Origin: an uncultured Candidatus Saccharibacteria bacterium
Lineage (GTDB): Bacteria; Patescibacteriota; Minisyncoccia; Phycocordibacterales; JAKFXT01
DNA length: 35,558 nucleotides
Reading direction: 5' to 3'
Assembly (NCBI GenBank): GCA_964385825.1
Contig: CAYLPX010000003.1
Span: 1 to 35,558, forward strand
Below are positions 31,916 to 35,558 of this stretch, one piece after another (positions within the stretch are counted from its first letter, which is position 1; every line of letters starts with the position of its first letter). Below the pieces are notes generated by a model that was not told the DNA's origin, ran no database searches, and saw nothing but the letters and a program-made list of their open reading frames with translations. The position numbers and the translations under genes are program-made.

Positions 31916-32914
31916 TCACTGCTTTCCGCTAAAAATAGTACGCGCTTTTTCCCAATACCCCCCTTCCCCCTTCTCTTTCATGTAGTACCACCATTCTGCA
32001 CCCCAGAGATACTGCTGCCCAAAACGAGTCTCCTTTGCAAATGCGATACTTTCATCAAAGCGATCCAAACTCATGCGCTCTTTTTGTAGATCAAGCGAAG
32101 TTTCAGTAATTGGATGCAGTAACCAAGGTTCTAATGAAAGCTCTATAAGCAGACTCTCATGTTTCCCATAAAGAAGTATCGCGAGGTTTGTTTTTATTCG
32201 ATATACAAAAGGACGATACCACGACTTCACTTGGCCAAACGTTGGGTTCCACAGATATATGTACACACTTGTTCCAAAGACATCCCCCGCCTCCCAGGCA
32301 CTCCCCCACAACCCCAAATTCCCACTGTCAGTCACTAAAATTTTCCTAGTTGGATCAAGTTGCTTTACCAATGCTATTTCCTCTTTCAAGAAAGCTTCAT
32401 CCAAACCACCGCAGTACTCGGGTGCAAACACCGTAAGATATGGTTCATTTTCAACTTGCCAATACTTAACCTCACTATGTGAGCGATATCGAGTTACTAC
32501 AGAAGTAATGTAAAGTAAAATTTCTTTCTTTTGCTCTTCCCATGAAAGATTTTTGGCCCAATCAGGCACGTGACACTCGGGCCAACTAGGGAGTCTTCTG
32601 CCCACCGCAAGAATAGCATCACCATGCTCGTCAGCCACCCTTCCCAGTTCATAATCAAGTTCAGTAAAAGAGAAGTTATTCTTGCTCGGTTCTATCATTG
32701 GCCAATGCGCAGAGAGCCTAAAGTGCATAATGTGTAAATCATCTATAAGCCCATCAAAAACATTTTTAGCATTAAGCCCTAATTCGTCGGCCCGAAACTT
32801 ACTAAATGAAACACCGTACATAATAGTCTCCGGTGTCTTCCGATACGAAAGCGCAAAAACAATGAACAAAATAACCGCAACCACCAGAATAATTTTTTTA
32901 AGATACTTTTTCAT
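31916..32914 (-). CDS. Membrane-anchored clan GH-A (TIM-barrel) glycoside hydrolase, cellulase/mannanase-like
   Basis: WQVENEP acid/base motif and N-terminal anchor MKKYLKKIILVVAVILFIVFAL. I chose the start at 32914, 2 nt after the upstream stop. Confidence 0.6.
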   Translation of the reverse strand: MKKYLKKIILVVAVILFIVFALSYRKTPETIMYGVSFSKFRADELGLNAKNVFDGLIDDLHIMHFRLSAHWPMIEPSKNNFSFTELDYELGRVADEHGDAILAVGRRLPSWPECHVPDWAKNLSWEEQKKEILLYITSVVTRYRSHSEVKYWQVENEPYLTVFAPEYCGGLDEAFLKEEIALVKQLDPTRKILVTDSGNLGLWGSAWEAGDVFGTSVYIYLWNPTFGQVKSWYRPFVYRIKTNLAILLYGKHESLLIELSLEPWLLHPITETSLDLQKERMSLDRFDESIAFAKETRFGQQYLWGAEWWYYMKEKGEGGYWEKARTIFSGKQ

Positions 32915-32916
32915 AG

Positions 32917-33825
32917 CTATGCAAAAAGTATAAAAAAACCAACAATAATAAAACACATAGCAAGCACCTTATGTAGCACGTGACCCTTGCGGAACTCGTG
33001 ATGATACAACTCAGGAACCTTGTGACGAAATAGAAAAATGAGAATAAAGATAAAAACAAATTGAAGTGATGAAAGTGCGTTCACGATAGATGCCGATCCA
33101 AGCTTGATAGCATACAGCACACTTAAGAAAGATAGCCCCCCTAAAATACGATTACCAATAATAAGAAATCCTGTCTTATGCGAAGTCTTTTTACTAATAG
33201 TGAAAAGGTGGGTACGAATAGAAGGGAAAAACAAAAGCGAAAGCGCGGCCACTACATTTCCCATACGTGACCAAAAGAATGCATCTATAAACGTAGTTTG
33301 GTTAAATATCGTTTTAAGCAGCACTACCGAAAGTCCGAATAAAATACCAGCAACTGTCACCTGCATAAATGATCGCGCGTAAAATCTAAAATGCCCTACC
33401 AAAACCATACCAATTAAAATAAAGACCATGGCGTAGGGGAAAAGTCTGGGTAGGGTTTCATCCAAAAAGATATGCGCAAACAAAAAGGTGGTAAGGGTTG
33501 AAATGGCCGTAAGCCACGCAATAACATCAGTTGCGTTGGCATGCTTTAGCGCCCTATAGAGAAACAAAATAGAAGTGATAAAGATAAATCCCAAATCAAG
33601 TGACAGAAACGCAACCATGGAACTTGGCATATGCACGACACCGAATGGGACAAGCACTATAACCACCCCCGATATGATGCTTACAAAAAAGGCATATACA
33701 CCGGGACGCGAAACGGTAGTATTAGTCACAATATGCTTATCAATAAGCACAATAAGCGCATTGCCTAATTGCCCAAAGAAAACAAGGAGTACGGACAGTA
33801 GAAATGTAAGTGGAAGACTAATCAT
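32917..33825 (-). CDS. Polytopic membrane protein, EamA/DMT-like transporter
   Basis: About ten hydrophobic helices in two similar halves. Its start overlaps the GH1 stop (ATGA). Confidence 0.6.
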   Translation of the reverse strand: MISLPLTFLLSVLLVFFGQLGNALIVLIDKHIVTNTTVSRPGVYAFFVSIISGVVIVLVPFGVVHMPSSMVAFLSLDLGFIFITSILFLYRALKHANATDVIAWLTAISTLTTFLFAHIFLDETLPRLFPYAMVFILIGMVLVGHFRFYARSFMQVTVAGILFGLSVVLLKTIFNQTTFIDAFFWSRMGNVVAALSLLFFPSIRTHLFTISKKTSHKTGFLIIGNRILGGLSFLSVLYAIKLGSASIVNALSSLQFVFIFILIFLFRHKVPELYHHEFRKGHVLHKVLAMCFIIVGFFILFA

Positions 33826-35084
33826 ACCTTTGCTTCCCTAATTAACTTTTTATAAAAAAGTGCTGAGGCGCGAACCCTACGCTCTTTTGTTTTGTAATCT
33901 ATTTCAATAAGTCCAAACCGTGGCCAAAAACCTTTGTCCCACTCAAAATTATCAAGTAGTGACCAATATAAATATCCATATACTGGTACCCCCATACTCT
34001 TTGCTTTTAACACTGCATTAACTGACTTCTCTAGGAAACGGGTACGCTTAGTATCTTTTGCATCAGCTATACCGTTTTCAGTAACATATATCGGCTTTTT
34101 GTACCTAGCTAATTCAACGAGAGCTTGAAGGAGTGCTTGAGGGTAAAACTCCCATCCAAAATCTGTTCGCTCTTTATTTTCATTCTTAAAAAACCCATTA
34201 TCAATAAGGTTACGGTTATAAAAATTGAGCCCGATAAAATCTTGGTGACGAGCAATATGATTTAAAAACCACTTATTCCAGAAGTAGTCCCCCACTGCTT
34301 TCAGTGTACTATTTATGAGACTCTGTTTCTTTAGTTCAAAAGCAACCTGATGCTTCGCGATTCCTACCTGTGCCTCTGGAAATCTTTCTTTTATTACCCT
34401 GTAGGCTTTTTTGTGTGCGCGTATTAAGTTGCGAAGTACCATATAGTACGTAACGAAACTTTTCTTCTGTGGTGGCCACACACCCTTTAAATACGCATGG
34501 GAAGACACTACGTCGGGCTCATTAAGTGTTATCCAGAAAGTAACTTCGTTCCCAAGTTGACTAACTATCCTTTTAGTTAGTTCTTCAAAATAGTGAGGAA
34601 ACATTGAAGATGCAAAACCACCCTCTTCTGAAAGCCAAAGAGGGAGCGTCCAATGATTAAGCGTCACAAATGGCTCAAGTCCCATTTCCCGACAGGTTTT
34701 AATAACATCGCGGTAATGAGCTATACCCTCTTCACTGAATTCCCCTTTAGCTGGCTCAATACGAGACCATTCTATGGAGAAACGTGTCGCATTATGTAAA
34801 AGCTCCCGTGCCAAAGCAAAATCCTCCCTATAACGGTTATAGTGATCACATGCTCCTCCAGAGATATAGTTTGTAGGGTTAGTGGCCTCTTCTTTTATTT
34901 CTTGCCAGTTGGGTAGGTAGCCAAACTTACTCTCTGCCTCCCTTGCCAACCGCTCAGCATTTGCCTTTTCCCACACACTCCAATCATTGTGAGTGCCACC
35001 CTCTACCTGATGTGAGGCAGTTGCCGCACCCCAAAAAAAAGGATGTGGAGATTTTATTTTATTTCCTAGCGTAGTACCAATCAT
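33822..35084 (-). CDS. Glycoside hydrolase family 1 beta-glucosidase
   Basis: FFWGAATASHQVEGG N-terminal signature, TLNEP (acid/base) and YVTENG (nucleophile). Confidence 0.9.
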   Translation of the reverse strand: MIGTTLGNKIKSPHPFFWGAATASHQVEGGTHNDWSVWEKANAERLAREAESKFGYLPNWQEIKEEATNPTNYISGGACDHYNRYREDFALARELLHNATRFSIEWSRIEPAKGEFSEEGIAHYRDVIKTCREMGLEPFVTLNHWTLPLWLSEEGGFASSMFPHYFEELTKRIVSQLGNEVTFWITLNEPDVVSSHAYLKGVWPPQKKSFVTYYMVLRNLIRAHKKAYRVIKERFPEAQVGIAKHQVAFELKKQSLINSTLKAVGDYFWNKWFLNHIARHQDFIGLNFYNRNLIDNGFFKNENKERTDFGWEFYPQALLQALVELARYKKPIYVTENGIADAKDTKRTRFLEKSVNAVLKAKSMGVPVYGYLYWSLLDNFEWDKGFWPRFGLIEIDYKTKERRVRASALFYKKLIREAKV

Positions 35085-35143
35085 TATAAAAATACCCTAT
35101 AAAAGGATTCTATTAGTATAACAATGAGTTACTATTTCCCGAA

Positions 35144-35169
35144 CTTTGGAGCCACCTCGGAGGCTTGGT
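35144..35169 (-). pseudogene. Duplicated 3' end of tRNA-Thr (tRNA fragment, possible att-site remnant)
   Basis: ctttggagccacctcGGaggcttg at 35144-35169 matches the tRNA-Thr 3' end ctttggagccacctcCCaggcttg at about 35317-35340, with 2 mismatches in 24 nt. No matching 5' acceptor strand or T-arm can be folded. Confidence 0.55.
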
Positions 35170-35319
35170 CAGGAGTCGACTCAAGTCTTTTACTTCGCAC
35201 AGCTCGTAAAAGCCAAAGTGCTCACGACCCTGGCTCGTCTGTTTTGCAAAGCCAAAACATGACTCCGCCTTTCAATCCTGGACGCATGCAAAGCAGTTTG
35301 CATGCTTAGTTGTCTCCTT

Positions 35320-35395
35320 TGGAGCCACCTCCCAGGCTTGAACTGGGGACCTACTCATTACAAGTGAGTTGCTCTACCAACTGAGCTAAGGTGGC
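35320..35395 (-). tRNA. tRNA-Thr (anticodon UGU) with encoded CCA
   Basis: Minus strand: GCCACCTTAGCTCAGTTGGTAGAGCAACTCACTTGTAATGAGTAGGTCCCCAGTTCAAGCCTGGGAGGTGGCTCCA. It has a 7-bp acceptor stem, D loop AGCTCAGTTGGTAGAGC, anticodon stem ACTCA/TGAGT with loop CTTGTAA, and T arm CCCAG-TTCAAGC-CTGGG. Confidence 0.92.
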
Positions 35396-35397
35396 AA

Positions 35398-35558
35398 TTA
35401 GCTATTTGTACTATCTTTTGAAACTTTATTCAACTCCTCCTCCAACATGACTGGCTTCTCCCCTGCTGCAGCATTTTTAAACTCAGCAACATCACGAAGG
35501 AAGGCGGAAACCGGTGAATTATGATTATCGGGAATAATTTTACCTCGAATAACCTTAA
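35398..35558 (-). CDS. C-terminal end of an unidentified CDS (5' end beyond the right edge)
   Basis: Hand translation: ...VIRGKIIPDNHNSPVSAFLRDVAEFKNAAAGEKPVMLEEELNKVSKDSTNS, with the stop at 35398-35400, 3 nt from the tRNA 5' end. I recognise no family. Confidence 0.35.
   Translation of the reverse strand, partial: KVIRGKIIPDNHNSPVSAFLRDVAEFKNAAAGEKPVMLEEELNKVSKDSTNS

Noticed and set aside
35124-35309. 61-aa plus-strand ORF between the GH1 gene and tRNA-Thr
   Set aside because: It spans the tRNA 3'-end duplicate and a hairpin, lies antisense to the local transcription direction, and has no SD.

Overview
The backbone is AT-rich: hand-counted 60-nt lines give about 32-45% GC. It is gene-dense and looks like a streamlined, probably CPR/Patescibacteria-like bacterium; that placement is inferred from gene content and architecture. 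Housekeeping genes recognised from motifs are smc, rnc, a nusB-Nudix fusion, rpmF, rnhB, dnaE, thrS, gyrB, pheS, pheT and tRNA-Thr(UGU).

Two other blocks stand out. One is a cell-surface block: tail-fibre-like repeat protein, LPYTG protein, sortase, CARDB-like protein and a secreted Zn-phospholipase-C/LTD protein. The other is a translationally coupled glycan operon on the minus strand: GH1, DMT transporter, clan GH-A hydrolase, processive GT2 synthase and PEGA protein.

The most unusual signal is compositional. At least five short high-GC segments (hand-counted lines 60-80% GC) sit exactly in intergenic spacers between backbone genes. Each carries orphan ORFs with canonical GGAGG-type Shine-Dalgarno sites and its own GC-rich hairpin, most with a T-run. 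Backbone genes mostly have a -10 box 7-14 nt from the start codon and no SD.

Other notable items:
- a catalytically intact-looking NlpC/P60 domain inserted in PheRS beta
- a NusB-Nudix fusion next to RNase III
- a short SMC with no recognisable hinge
- an LPYTG protein with a long cytoplasmic tail
- a 46-bp palindromic operator in front of a PaaX/Cas2-like regulator
- a duplicated tRNA-Thr 3' end

No CRISPR array, transposase, integrase or rRNA was seen. All domain calls rest on motifs read by eye; no database search was possible.
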